Source: an uncultured Clostridia bacterium
Lineage (GTDB): Bacteria; Bacillota; Clostridia; TANB77; CAG-508
NCBI GenBank assembly: GCA_944393455.1
Contig: CALYAH010000140.1
Span: 1-36,923 of the forward strand
Reading direction: 5' to 3'
Length of the DNA stretch: 36,923 nucleotides
The translations under genes and the position numbers were made by a program. The notes below the pieces were generated by a model. That model did not search any database. It was not told the origin of the DNA and worked only from the letters and a program-made list of their open reading frames with translations. Positions 1 to 7,929 of the stretch are shown here, in pieces. Numbering within the stretch: the first letter of the stretch is position 1; each line of letters begins with the position of its first letter.

Positions 1-636
1 TGATATTGTATTTAATATTGGTGTTTCAACTTCTAAGTATCCTTTTTCGTTTAATATTTCTCTTATTTTACTAATTATTTTGCTTCTTAATACAAAACTT
101 TCTTTTACTTCTGGATTTACTATTAAGTCTGTATATCTTTGACGATATCTTAAATCTGGGTCTTTTAAACCATGGAATTTCTCTGGTAATGGTCTTAATG
201 ATTTTGAAAGTAATGTTACTTCTTTAGCATGTACTGATATTTCTTCTGTTCTTGTTTTAAATACAAAACCTGTAATTCCAATAATATCTCCAATATCCCA
301 TGTTTTGAATGCTTTGTAACTTTCTTCTCCAAGGTCATTTATACTTACATAGCTTTGGATTCTTTCGTCACAGTCTTGTATTGTACAAAATGATGCTTTT
401 CCCATTATTCTTTTTGCTATTATTCTTCCGGCTACTGTTACATCTTTTTGCTCGAATTGCTCATAATTTGATTTAATTTCTCCTGCTGTGTTTGTTCTAT
501 CAAATTTTGTTATTTGATATGGGTCTTTCCCTTGTTCTTGTAGTTCTTTTAATTTATCTCTTCTTATTTGCATTAAGTGGTTTATATCTAATTCTTGTTC
601 TTGTGTGTTGTTTTGATTGTTTTTGTTTTCTGACAT
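1..636 (-). CDS. lysS: lysyl-tRNA synthetase, N-terminal part; the 3' end runs off the window, so it is absent from the ORF track
   Basis: Hand translation from the ATG at 636-634 gives MSENKNNQNNTQEQELDINHLMQIRRDKLKELQEQGKDPYQ...VTVAGRIIAKRIMGKASFCTIQD...LRPLPEKFHGLKDPDLRYRQRYTDLIVNPE...GYLEVETPILN. This is the typical class II LysRS OB-fold plus the start of the catalytic core. A GGAGAG SD lies upstream. Confidence 0.9.
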   Translation of the reverse strand, partial: MSENKNNQNNTQEQELDINHLMQIRRDKLKELQEQGKDPYQITKFDRTNTAGEIKSNYEQFEQKDVTVAGRIIAKRIMGKASFCTIQDCDERIQSYVSINDLGEESYKAFKTWDIGDIIGITGFVFKTRTEEISVHAKEVTLLSKSLRPLPEKFHGLKDPDLRYRQRYTDLIVNPEVKESFVLRSKIISKIREILNEKGYLEVETPILNTIS

Positions 637-674
637 TCTTTTTCTCTCTCCTTTTTTCTTTTAAAACTTTATAT

Positions 675-703
675 ATTATACCCTGAAATGCTTTAATTGT
701 AAA
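675..703 (-). promoter_or_regulatory. sigma-A type promoter for lysS
   Basis: Minus strand has TTTACA (703-698), a 17-nt spacer, then TATAAT (680-675), about 40 nt upstream of the lysS ATG. Confidence 0.6.
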
Positions 704-720
704 GATATCGTGGCATTTTT

Positions 721-2352
721 CTATTTTGTTATATAAAGTTGTATTCTATATCCATAACTGTTAGAAACACTTTTGGTATTATATCTATGATATAGTACTT
801 GGAAATATGTTACATAACTTCCTCCTGTCCAGTAATCTCTAATTGCTCGACAACTGTTATCATTTTTATATATGTCCGCTGTCCATTCTGATTTGTTTCC
901 TGCAAAGTCATAAACATTAAACTTTTCATATTTATCACTGCTTCCTGTTTTCAAACTTTGACCATCAGATATATATCCTCCCCAGTTCCTTGAATCTAAA
1001 ACTTCTGATTCTGATAATCCATAGTGTACCATACAATTAATTACTGTATCCCATGTCTTATTTGTCATCATTCTACTTGTATAGCCATCTGTCTCCGTAT
1101 ACATACTTTCTGCTTTACTTTTTGCCGTATCCCAATCTGTTATATTTGGATTAGCTCCTCTTATTATTGTTGGAATTCCATTCGTTCCTATTCCTGTTTC
1201 ATATCTTCCTATATAATATCCTTTTGCACTTGTAATATATTTTTCATATGGTGTTTCTTCCGTATTCTCTGTATAGTCTGTTTGACTTCCTGTATATTTG
1301 TCTGAGATACTTGAATACTCTAATTTTATATTCCCTCCATCTACTGGTATCCTTACAAATTGATTATATTGTTTTTGTACTTTATATGTCCCATCTGTAT
1401 CTTTTTCTAACCAATTGATTTCCTCTGTTCCTTCTGGTATTTCATAAATTACTAATCCCTTACTTATTAGTTGTTCTTCTGGTATTCCAGACACTGCAAA
1501 TCCTGCTGGAATAGTAGCTTTATTTCCTTCTGTATCTGTGTAATTATCTTTTCTCGTTTCCTCTACTCGCTCTCCTACTACTGCATTAGTATTTATAGTA
1601 ACATTTTTTTCTTCTGATGCTACATTCCCATTTTCAATTACAAAAATATAATTTCCTTGTTCGGTTATATTAAATTCTAAATTTTCTGATGTATCCCAAT
1701 AGTTTTGTCCTTCTTTTTTATATTTTACTATCCACTTATCGATATAACCATTATATTGTATATTAGATATTGTTACTTTTATTCTATCATTTTCTGTATC
1801 TTCATAATTCACATCAAATGTTGGTTTATTTGTATTTTCTTCATACTCCACATTATATAAGTTATTCGTCAACTGATCCACTGTATAATAAGTTTCTCCA
1901 TCATATTCAAAACCATAATAACTTATAATACTTCTTTTAGCTATATTTACAAAAAATTCTTGCTCAATTCCTTCAATGTTTAAATCAGCCAAAGTCTGTG
2001 TGTCAAAAAATCGATATCCTGTTTTGTCTGTTATTCCAGATTCTCCCGGTGTAAATACTCTCGTTGCCTGAGCTGACACCTCTGCATTACTTGATATATC
2101 TTTTCCTAAGGATGTTAATATATCATCTCCTTGAAGTCCATTTACAGTTTCTCCGGATTTATATTTGTCATATATGTCGTTAATATTTGTTTGCATCATT
2201 TTTAATTCGGTACTAAATGTATTAAATTTCGAATTTTGTATAACACTTTTTCCACTATAAATAGTTACAGACGTTAATATTAAAAGAACAATAATTGTAA
2301 TTATTAATGATATAAGTGTTATTCCCTTGATATTTTTTCCATATTTCTTCAT
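721..2352 (-). CDS. secreted or surface protein: prepilin-type N-terminal signal, a middle Ig-like region, and a C-terminal FGE/SUMF1-like (sulfatase-modifying-factor fold) domain
   Basis: N-terminus is MKKYGKNIKG|ITLISLIITIIVLLIL (class III signal-like, with Ser instead of Glu at +5). C-terminus has YYIGRYETG, NVYDFAGNKSEWTAD, WTGGSY and YGYRIQLY, resembling FGE-domain motifs. GGAGGAAC SD precedes the ATG at 2352. Confidence 0.6.
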   Translation of the reverse strand: MKKYGKNIKGITLISLIITIIVLLILTSVTIYSGKSVIQNSKFNTFSTELKMMQTNINDIYDKYKSGETVNGLQGDDILTSLGKDISSNAEVSAQATRVFTPGESGITDKTGYRFFDTQTLADLNIEGIEQEFFVNIAKRSIISYYGFEYDGETYYTVDQLTNNLYNVEYEENTNKPTFDVNYEDTENDRIKVTISNIQYNGYIDKWIVKYKKEGQNYWDTSENLEFNITEQGNYIFVIENGNVASEEKNVTINTNAVVGERVEETRKDNYTDTEGNKATIPAGFAVSGIPEEQLISKGLVIYEIPEGTEEINWLEKDTDGTYKVQKQYNQFVRIPVDGGNIKLEYSSISDKYTGSQTDYTENTEETPYEKYITSAKGYYIGRYETGIGTNGIPTIIRGANPNITDWDTAKSKAESMYTETDGYTSRMMTNKTWDTVINCMVHYGLSESEVLDSRNWGGYISDGQSLKTGSSDKYEKFNVYDFAGNKSEWTADIYKNDNSCRAIRDYWTGGSYVTYFQVLYHRYNTKSVSNSYGYRIQLYITK

Positions 2353-2409
2353 TAGTTCCTCCAGACAATTTTATATTATTTTGGCTGAATAACAGCTCTA
2401 ACTGGATTT

Positions 2410-2437
2410 ATTATAACAAATATTTTATTATTGATAA
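2410..2437 (-). promoter_or_regulatory. putative promoter of the pilin-like/FGE gene
   Basis: Minus strand has TTATCA (2437-2432), a 16-nt spacer, then TATAAT (2415-2410). Confidence 0.45.
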
Positions 2438-2463
2438 ATAGTTTTTTGAAATTTTTTTATGAG

Positions 2464-2497
2464 ATAAAAAAATACAACTAGTCGAACCAACTAGTTG
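2464..2497 (-). terminator. rho-independent terminator downstream of tRNA-Gln
   Basis: 8-bp stem CAACTAGT/ACTAGTTG (2475-2482 and 2490-2497) with a 7-nt loop, followed on the minus strand by TATTTTTTTAT. Confidence 0.7.
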
Positions 2498-2502
2498 CAA
2501 CT

Positions 2503-2577
2503 TGGCTGGGGTACTGTGATTCGAACACAGGAATGTCGGAGTCAGAGTCCGATGCCTTACCGCTTGGCGATACCCCA
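2503..2577 (-). tRNA. tRNA-Gln (anticodon CTG), CCA encoded
   Basis: The reverse complement folds as a cloverleaf: acceptor TGGGGTA/TACCCCA, anticodon stem TCGGA/TCCGA with loop CTCTGAC, T-arm CTGTG-TTCGAATC-CACAG, and a 3' GCCA end. Confidence 0.9.
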
Positions 2578-2656
2578 ATTTTTTCTTTTGTATTATATCA
2601 AATAATTTCCAAATAATAAATAGTTTTTAATAATTTATTTTAGATATATTTAAATT

Positions 2657-3178
2657 TTATATGTTCATTAAAACTTCTTCACATTTTTTATAATCTGGTT
2701 GATATTTTTCTAACATTTTATAAAATCCTTTAGAGTGTGTTTTATATTTCAAATGACAATATTGATGTAATACAATATAATCAATTACTTTTCTATTATA
2801 TTTTACAACTTCAGGATTGATAGTTATTTTTTTGTCTTTACATGTTCCTAATGTTTTTATTTTTGCAATTTCATATTCTTCTGGAGCAAATCCTAACATA
2901 ATTCTTGTTTTTTCCATTGCCCTTTCAATTTCAACATTTGCAATTTGCTCATACATTTTTTCAATTGCTAAATCTAATATTTCTTTGTTTGACATTTTTT
3001 TGTATTTGTTAGGTAGTGATATTTTTATTGTTTTATTTTCTACATCTAACTCTGTAATTTTTATGTTTTTGTATACAATTTTCACTTTATAATCTATTCC
3101 TAATACTGGAACAGGATGTCTCTCTATGCTTCTATTTACAGTTAATCTAACGTTTGTTTTTCTTCTTACTAAATTCAT
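2657..3178 (-). CDS. YgjP/DUF45-like (M48-related) putative metal-dependent hydrolase with an altered HExxH motif
   Basis: C-terminal DYIVLHQYCHLKYKTHSKGFYKMLEKYQPDYKK matches the DUF45 layout HELxHLxxxxHSxxFWxxxxxxxPDY, but Glu is replaced by Gln. Confidence 0.6.
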   Translation of the reverse strand: MNLVRRKTNVRLTVNRSIERHPVPVLGIDYKVKIVYKNIKITELDVENKTIKISLPNKYKKMSNKEILDLAIEKMYEQIANVEIERAMEKTRIMLGFAPEEYEIAKIKTLGTCKDKKITINPEVVKYNRKVIDYIVLHQYCHLKYKTHSKGFYKMLEKYQPDYKKCEEVLMNI

Positions 3179-3238
3179 TTTATATCACTCCTTATCAAAT
3201 TTTCGTTTTGCAAATTGTTGTTCGCTTTTGTTGTCTTT

Positions 3239-3267
3239 ATTCTATATTCTATTTTTCATTTTGTCAA
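3239..3267 (-). promoter_or_regulatory. putative promoter of the DUF45-like gene
   Basis: Minus strand has TTGACA (3267-3262), a 17-nt spacer, then TAGAAT (3244-3239). It is flanked by two GCGAACA heptamers (3302-3296 and 3225-3219). Confidence 0.5.
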
Positions 3268-3397
3268 TACTTTTTCTGAATTTTTTCAAAATTTTTGTTC
3301 GCTAAATTATCAAGTCCTTTTATACCAATAATTACCCATTTTATTTTTTTCGTTTTTAAAAAAATTATTCTTTATAAAAATAACAAATGGAAATTAT

Positions 3398-3584
3398 AAA
3401 TAAATGTTATTATAAATAAAAAAAAATATTGAAGGTACAACTAAAATAACATTAGAACTTCTTTAATTAGCTAAATGGAGGATACCAAACCCTTTTGGGA
3501 GGTGCCATTTAGCTAATTTTAGAAGTTTTTTGTTATGTAAGGCAGTCCTTCAATATTTTTTTTTATTTATAATAACATTTATTT
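3398..3584. repeat. 187-bp whole-length palindromic intergenic element (element A), immediately 3' of rplS
   Basis: A perfect 38-bp inverted repeat (3398-3435 and 3547-3584) encloses a second inverted repeat with a 14-bp perfect core (3465-3478 and 3505-3518). The apical loop is 26 nt (aggataccaaacccttttgggaggtg). Confidence 0.8.
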
Positions 3585-3590
3585 TACTTA

Positions 3591-4160
3591 TTATTCAGCT
3601 TTTTTATCTTCTTTTTCTTCTTTTACTGGCTCTTCTTTCACTGTTTCAACAGGTTCTTCTTTTACAGTATCAACAGTTTCTTGAACAGTAACATTTTCTG
3701 TTTCTACACTTGGTGCTTCTTCTGGAGCAGCTTCTACTGGTACTTCAGTTTCAACTTCTTGAACAGGTTCTTCTGTTAAATCTTCTTTAACAGTAATTTC
3801 TCTGTCTTCGATTCTAGCTCCTATTTGCTCTTTTGTCTTAGCAGCTTTACCAACTCTGTCTCTTAAGTAGAATAATCTAGCTCTTCTTGCTCTACCTACT
3901 CTTACTAATTCTACTTTTTCAACTAATGGTGAATGTACTAAGAAAGTTTTTTCAACACCTACACCGTAAGATATTTTTCTTACTGTAAATGTTTGGTTAA
4001 CTCCTCCACCTTGTACTTTTATAATAATTCCTTCAAATACTTGGATTCTTTCTTTATTTCCTTCTTTGATTCTTACGTGTACTCTAACTGTGTTACCAAC
4101 TTTTAATTCTGGTATCTTGTTTTTTAATTGTTTGTGTTCAATAGATTTTATAATATCCAT
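3591..4160 (-). CDS. rplS: 50S ribosomal protein L19 with a ~70-aa acidic C-terminal extension
   Basis: [48 protein letters not shown]...[17 protein letters not shown] is canonical L19. The start was moved to the ATG at 4160, preceded by GGAGG (4175-4171). The tail is rich in E, V, T and P. Confidence 0.9.
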   Translation of the reverse strand: MDIIKSIEHKQLKNKIPELKVGNTVRVHVRIKEGNKERIQVFEGIIIKVQGGGVNQTFTVRKISYGVGVEKTFLVHSPLVEKVELVRVGRARRARLFYLRDRVGKAAKTKEQIGARIEDREITVKEDLTEEPVQEVETEVPVEAAPEEAPSVETENVTVQETVDTVKEEPVETVKEEPVKEEKEDKKAE

Positions 4161-4235
4161 TTTAGAATTTCCTCCTTTTCTTATCTTCACTGAGCGGTGC
4201 AGTTTTTCATGCACTTCCTTTTACTTTGCCTGCTT

Positions 4236-4904
4236 TTATTTTTGCTCTAGCAAATCAGGTCTTTTTTGTTTAGTTATTTCGAAAGATTTTTCTTTTCTCC
4301 ATTTTTCTATTTTTTGATGATTTCCAGAAAGTAAAACTTCAGGAACTTTTTCTCCTTCAAATATTTCTGGTCTTGTGTATTGTGGATATTCGAAAAGTCC
4401 ATTTGAAAAGCTTTCTTCTTTAATAGAATCTTCTTTTAAAACTCCTTTTACATATCTAGATACACTATCTATTAACACCATTGCCGGAATTTCCCCACCT
4501 GTTAGCACATAGTCTCCTATGGATATTTCTTCATCCACAATTTTGTCTAAAACTCTTTGGTCAATTCCTTCATAATGTCCACAAAGTAGAATTAAATGTT
4601 CTTGTTTTGCTAAATCTTCCACTTTTTTCTGGTCTAACGTTTTTCCTTGTGGTGACATATATATCACTTTTGATTCTTCAGTCTTTACAGATTGATATGC
4701 TCTATATACAACATCTGGCATCATAACCATACCAGCTCCACCACCATATGGAGTGTCATCTACTTTTTTATGTTTGTCTTGTGAAAAATCTCTGATATTT
4801 ACTAAGTTAATATCAATAAGCTCTTTTTCTTGTGCTCTTCCTATTACACTTTGTTTTAATGTATCAAACATTTCAGGAAAGAGAGTTAAAACATCAAATT
4901 TCAT
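4236..4904 (-). CDS. trmD: tRNA (guanine37-N1)-methyltransferase
   Basis: MKFDVLTLFPEMF...TPYGGGAGMVM...LLCGHYEGIDQRV...SIGDYVLTGGE are TrmD signatures. The ATG at 4904 lies behind GGAGGAAG. Confidence 0.93.
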   Translation of the reverse strand: MKFDVLTLFPEMFDTLKQSVIGRAQEKELIDINLVNIRDFSQDKHKKVDDTPYGGGAGMVMMPDVVYRAYQSVKTEESKVIYMSPQGKTLDQKKVEDLAKQEHLILLCGHYEGIDQRVLDKIVDEEISIGDYVLTGGEIPAMVLIDSVSRYVKGVLKEDSIKEESFSNGLFEYPQYTRPEIFEGEKVPEVLLSGNHQKIEKWRKEKSFEITKQKRPDLLEQK

Positions 4905-4916
4905 TACTTCCTCCAA

Positions 4917-5423
4917 CTAAATTAGCCCAGGTATTAAATGAACTGTTACCTTCTTATTTTCCATATCAACCTTTTTTATAACATCTTTGATTGCTGGTAA
5001 AAGAATTTGTTTACCCAATTCATTTTTTACAACATATATATCGTTACTTCCAGTATTAAAAATATCTTCTAGAATCCCTAAGTTTTCGCCTTCATCTGTA
5101 TAGACTTCCAAACCAATCATATCCACTATGTAATAAGTTCCCTCTTCTAGAGGTTCTTGTGTGTCTCTATCAACAACCAAGTAACTTTCACGTAACAAAT
5201 TGGCTTCTTCTGGATTTTCTATCCCTTTGAATTTGATTAATACCATATTTTTGTGATATTTTACTTCTTCTATTTGATATTCCTTTTTACCTTCTTTATT
5301 TTCGACATATACTTTTTCTAATTTGTCAAATCTTTTTATATCATCTGTAAAAGGTTTTACTTTTACCATTCCTTTAATACCAAATGTATTTACGATTTGA
5401 CCAATTTCAAGATATTTTGTCAT
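4917..5423 (-). CDS. rimM: 16S rRNA processing protein RimM
   Basis: IGQIVNTFGIKGMVKVKPFTDD plus a PRC-barrel C-terminus, in the conserved position between the KH protein and trmD. The ATG at 5423 is preferred over the TTG at 5438. Confidence 0.88.
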   Translation of the reverse strand: MTKYLEIGQIVNTFGIKGMVKVKPFTDDIKRFDKLEKVYVENKEGKKEYQIEEVKYHKNMVLIKFKGIENPEEANLLRESYLVVDRDTQEPLEEGTYYIVDMIGLEVYTDEGENLGILEDIFNTGSNDIYVVKNELGKQILLPAIKDVIKKVDMENKKVTVHLIPGLI

Positions 5424-5438
5424 ATTTAAATACTCCAA

Positions 5439-5669
5439 TTATCCTATAAATTCAACTGACACTTTTTTGTGTTCTCTGCTAGCAACAGCTTTCATGACTG
5501 TTCTAATAGATTTTGCAAGTCTTCCTTGTCTTCCTATTACTTTACCCATGTCATTTTCTGCTACTTTTACTTCAAATACAATTGATTTTTCGCTATCTAT
5601 TCTTTTTATTTCAACAGCTTCTTTTTCATCAACTAAATTTGAAATGATGGTTTTTAAAATTTCTTCCAT
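5439..5669 (-). CDS. KH-domain RNA-binding protein (YlqC family)
   Basis: GKVIGRQGRLAKSIRTV is a GxxG KH motif. Length is 76 aa from the ATG at 5669, in the conserved rpsP-KH-rimM-trmD order. Confidence 0.85.
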   Translation of the reverse strand: MEEILKTIISNLVDEKEAVEIKRIDSEKSIVFEVKVAENDMGKVIGRQGRLAKSIRTVMKAVASREHKKVSVEFIG

Positions 5670-5723
5670 TTTTTCCTCCATCTCTGTTTTGGCTTTACCT
5701 AGAAACAGTTAGCTCATTTAAAA

Positions 5724-5954
5724 TTAGCTATTTTTAATTAAAGCTTTTACTGTATCTGTTGGTTTTGCACCATTTTTGATCCATTTTTCAACTTTTTCTT
5801 TGTCTAAAACAATTGTAGCTGGTTCTGTCATTGGATTGTATGTTCCTAATTGTTCAATGATTTTACCATCTCTTGGAGATCTAGAATCTGCTACTACAAT
5901 GTGATAGAATGGAGCTTTTTTCTTTCCTTGTCTTTGTAATCTGATTTTTACCAT
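5724..5954 (-). CDS. rpsP: 30S ribosomal protein S16
   Basis: [41 protein letters not shown] is canonical S16. GGAGG SD at 5967-5963. Confidence 0.95.
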   Translation of the reverse strand: MVKIRLQRQGKKKAPFYHIVVADSRSPRDGKIIEQLGTYNPMTEPATIVLDKEKVEKWIKNGAKPTDTVKALIKNS

Positions 5955-5999
5955 TTATTTCACCTCCGACTTTTTCCCTTAATTCTTATCTATAATAAA

Positions 6000-6033
6000 T
6001 ACAAAATCATTTACATTATTTATGATTTTGTAT
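6000..6033 (-). terminator. hairpin between ffh and rpsP (terminator or attenuator)
   Basis: Perfect 12-bp stem ATACAAAATCAT/ATGATTTTGTAT (6000-6011 and 6022-6033), followed on the minus strand by a T-rich tract (ATTTATTAT). Confidence 0.5.
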
Positions 6034-6101
6034 AAGTTATCCGTAATTATTATGGTAGTTTAAAACGGCTAACTTAAATTTAATAACATTATAATAATTA
6101 A

Positions 6102-7454
6102 TTAGAATTTAAAATTCTTTAGGTCAACATCATCAAGGCTATTCATTAATTTTTTCATTCCACCTTTGTTGCTTTTCATTTTTTTCATCATTTTCTGTGT
6201 CATTTCAAATGATTTAATAAATTTATTGATGTCTTGTACTGTTGTTCCACTACCTTCTGCAATACGTCTTCTACGACTAGCATTCAAAATCCTTGTATCT
6301 CTTTTTTCTTGCTTTGTCATAGAACAAATAATGGCTTCTATTTTTACAAATTCTTTATCATCTATTTTTACATCTTTTAACTGATTCATTCCTGGAATCA
6401 TTTTTAGTAATGATGAGAAAGAACCCATTTTTTTAATTTGTCTTATCTGTGCTAAGTAATCATCTAAGTCAAATTCCTTTTTTCTTAGTTGCTTTTCTAA
6501 CTTTTCTGCTTGTTCTAAATCAAAAGATTCTTCTGCTTTTTCAATAACAGATAAGATATCTCCCATTCCTAGAATTCTACTTACCATTCTATCTGGATGA
6601 AATACTTCTATGTCATTTAGTTTTTCTCCTGTTGCTGCAAATTTAATTGGTTTTCCTGTTACTTTTTTTACAGATAATGCACTACCACCACGAGTATCAC
6701 CATCTAATTTGGTTAGTACAACACCATCAATTCCTAAGGCTTCATTAAACTTTTCAGCTACATTTACAGCATCTTGACCTGTCATACTGTCAACTACTAA
6801 CAATATTTCATGTGGTTTGATACCAGCTTTTAAATTTTTTAGTTCGTCCATCAATGCTTCATCAATATGCAAACGCCCTGCTGTATCTAAAATTTCTACA
6901 TCATTCAACTTAGACATTGCTGTTGACATAGCTTGCTTTGCTATATGTACAACATCTTTTGAGGATTCATTACTAAATACTGGAATGTTTAATTGTTTTC
7001 CTACTACTTGTAATTGTTTAATAGCTGCTGGTCTATATACGTCACAAGCTACTAATAATGGATTTTTTCCTTGTTTTCTAAGTAAGTTAGCAAGTTTTCC
7101 AGATGTAGTTGTTTTTCCTGAACCTTGAAGACCTACTAGCATAATTACAGTTGGTGGATTTGGTGTAAAATTAATTTTACTTTCTGTTCCTCCAAGTAAT
7201 TCTACTAATTCGTCCTTAACAATTTTTACAACTTGTTGCCCTGGTGTTAAAGATTTTAAAACATCTTGACCAAGTGCCTTTTCTCGAATAGTTTCGATGA
7301 AATCCTTTACTATTTTATAGTTAACATCTGCTTCTAGAAGTGCAAGTTTAACTTCTCTTAGCATTTCTTTTAAGTCTGATTCTGTTATTCTTGCTTTTCC
7401 TCTAATTTTTCTTGTTATTTCTTGTAATCTAGAAGATAATCCTTCAAAAGCCAT
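6102..7454 (-). CDS. ffh: signal recognition particle protein Ffh
   Basis: NG domain with GLQGSGKTTT, DTAGR and TKLDGD, plus a methionine-rich M domain (KKMGSFSSLLKMIPGM). Confidence 0.96.
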   Translation of the reverse strand: MAFEGLSSRLQEITRKIRGKARITESDLKEMLREVKLALLEADVNYKIVKDFIETIREKALGQDVLKSLTPGQQVVKIVKDELVELLGGTESKINFTPNPPTVIMLVGLQGSGKTTTSGKLANLLRKQGKNPLLVACDVYRPAAIKQLQVVGKQLNIPVFSNESSKDVVHIAKQAMSTAMSKLNDVEILDTAGRLHIDEALMDELKNLKAGIKPHEILLVVDSMTGQDAVNVAEKFNEALGIDGVVLTKLDGDTRGGSALSVKKVTGKPIKFAATGEKLNDIEVFHPDRMVSRILGMGDILSVIEKAEESFDLEQAEKLEKQLRKKEFDLDDYLAQIRQIKKMGSFSSLLKMIPGMNQLKDVKIDDKEFVKIEAIICSMTKQEKRDTRILNASRRRRIAEGSGTTVQDINKFIKSFEMTQKMMKKMKSNKGGMKKLMNSLDDVDLKNFKF

Positions 7455-7499
7455 AATTTCAACTCCTATTCTTAACTTTTTCTTTCTTGTACTTTACTC

Positions 7500-7847
7500 T
7501 TAAACTAAACAGCTTAATTCTTTTTTTACACTTTCTAAAACACTTGCTATTTGTTTGTCTGAATAATCTTTTTGTATTTTTGTTAATTCAGATAAAGCCT
7601 TTTCAATTTTCTTTTCTTGATTTAACGTCCTTTTCATAAACATTAGCTTTTCTTCGTATTCGAAAAGTTTTTTCTCCCCTTTCTTTATGATGTCTCTAAC
7701 GGCTTGTCTTGTTATATTGTTATTTTCTGCAATTTCAGATAGTGACAAGTCATTATTATAGTAATCATCTATGAATTCAAATTGCTTTTCCGTTAAAAGT
7801 TTTCCATAAAACTCACATAACATACTAATTTTTACCTTTTCCTCCAT
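7500..7847 (-). CDS. ylxM: YlxM/UPF0122 putative helix-turn-helix protein of the SRP operon
   Basis: LLTEKQFEFIDDYYNNDLSLSEIAENNNITRQAVRDIIKKGEKKL is sigma-70 region-4-like. It sits immediately upstream of ffh, as in other Bacillota. Confidence 0.85.
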   Translation of the reverse strand: MEEKVKISMLCEFYGKLLTEKQFEFIDDYYNNDLSLSEIAENNNITRQAVRDIIKKGEKKLFEYEEKLMFMKRTLNQEKKIEKALSELTKIQKDYSDKQIASVLESVKKELSCLV

Positions 7848-7929
7848 AGTAATTACCTCTTTTCTTTTTGTAATGCTAATATACTTTACACCATTTTTAC
7901 AGATTTGTCAAGTGTTTTAGGCAAAAAAA

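Noticed and set aside
4161-4214. N-terminal extension of rplS ([18 protein letters not shown]) and similar upstream extensions on trmD, rimM, pheT, recN, femX, prmC, deoD and the carboxypeptidase
   Set aside because: In each case an internal ATG preceded by a GGAGG-type SD reproduces the canonical family N-terminus. The longer ORFs start at TTG/GTG or lack an SD.
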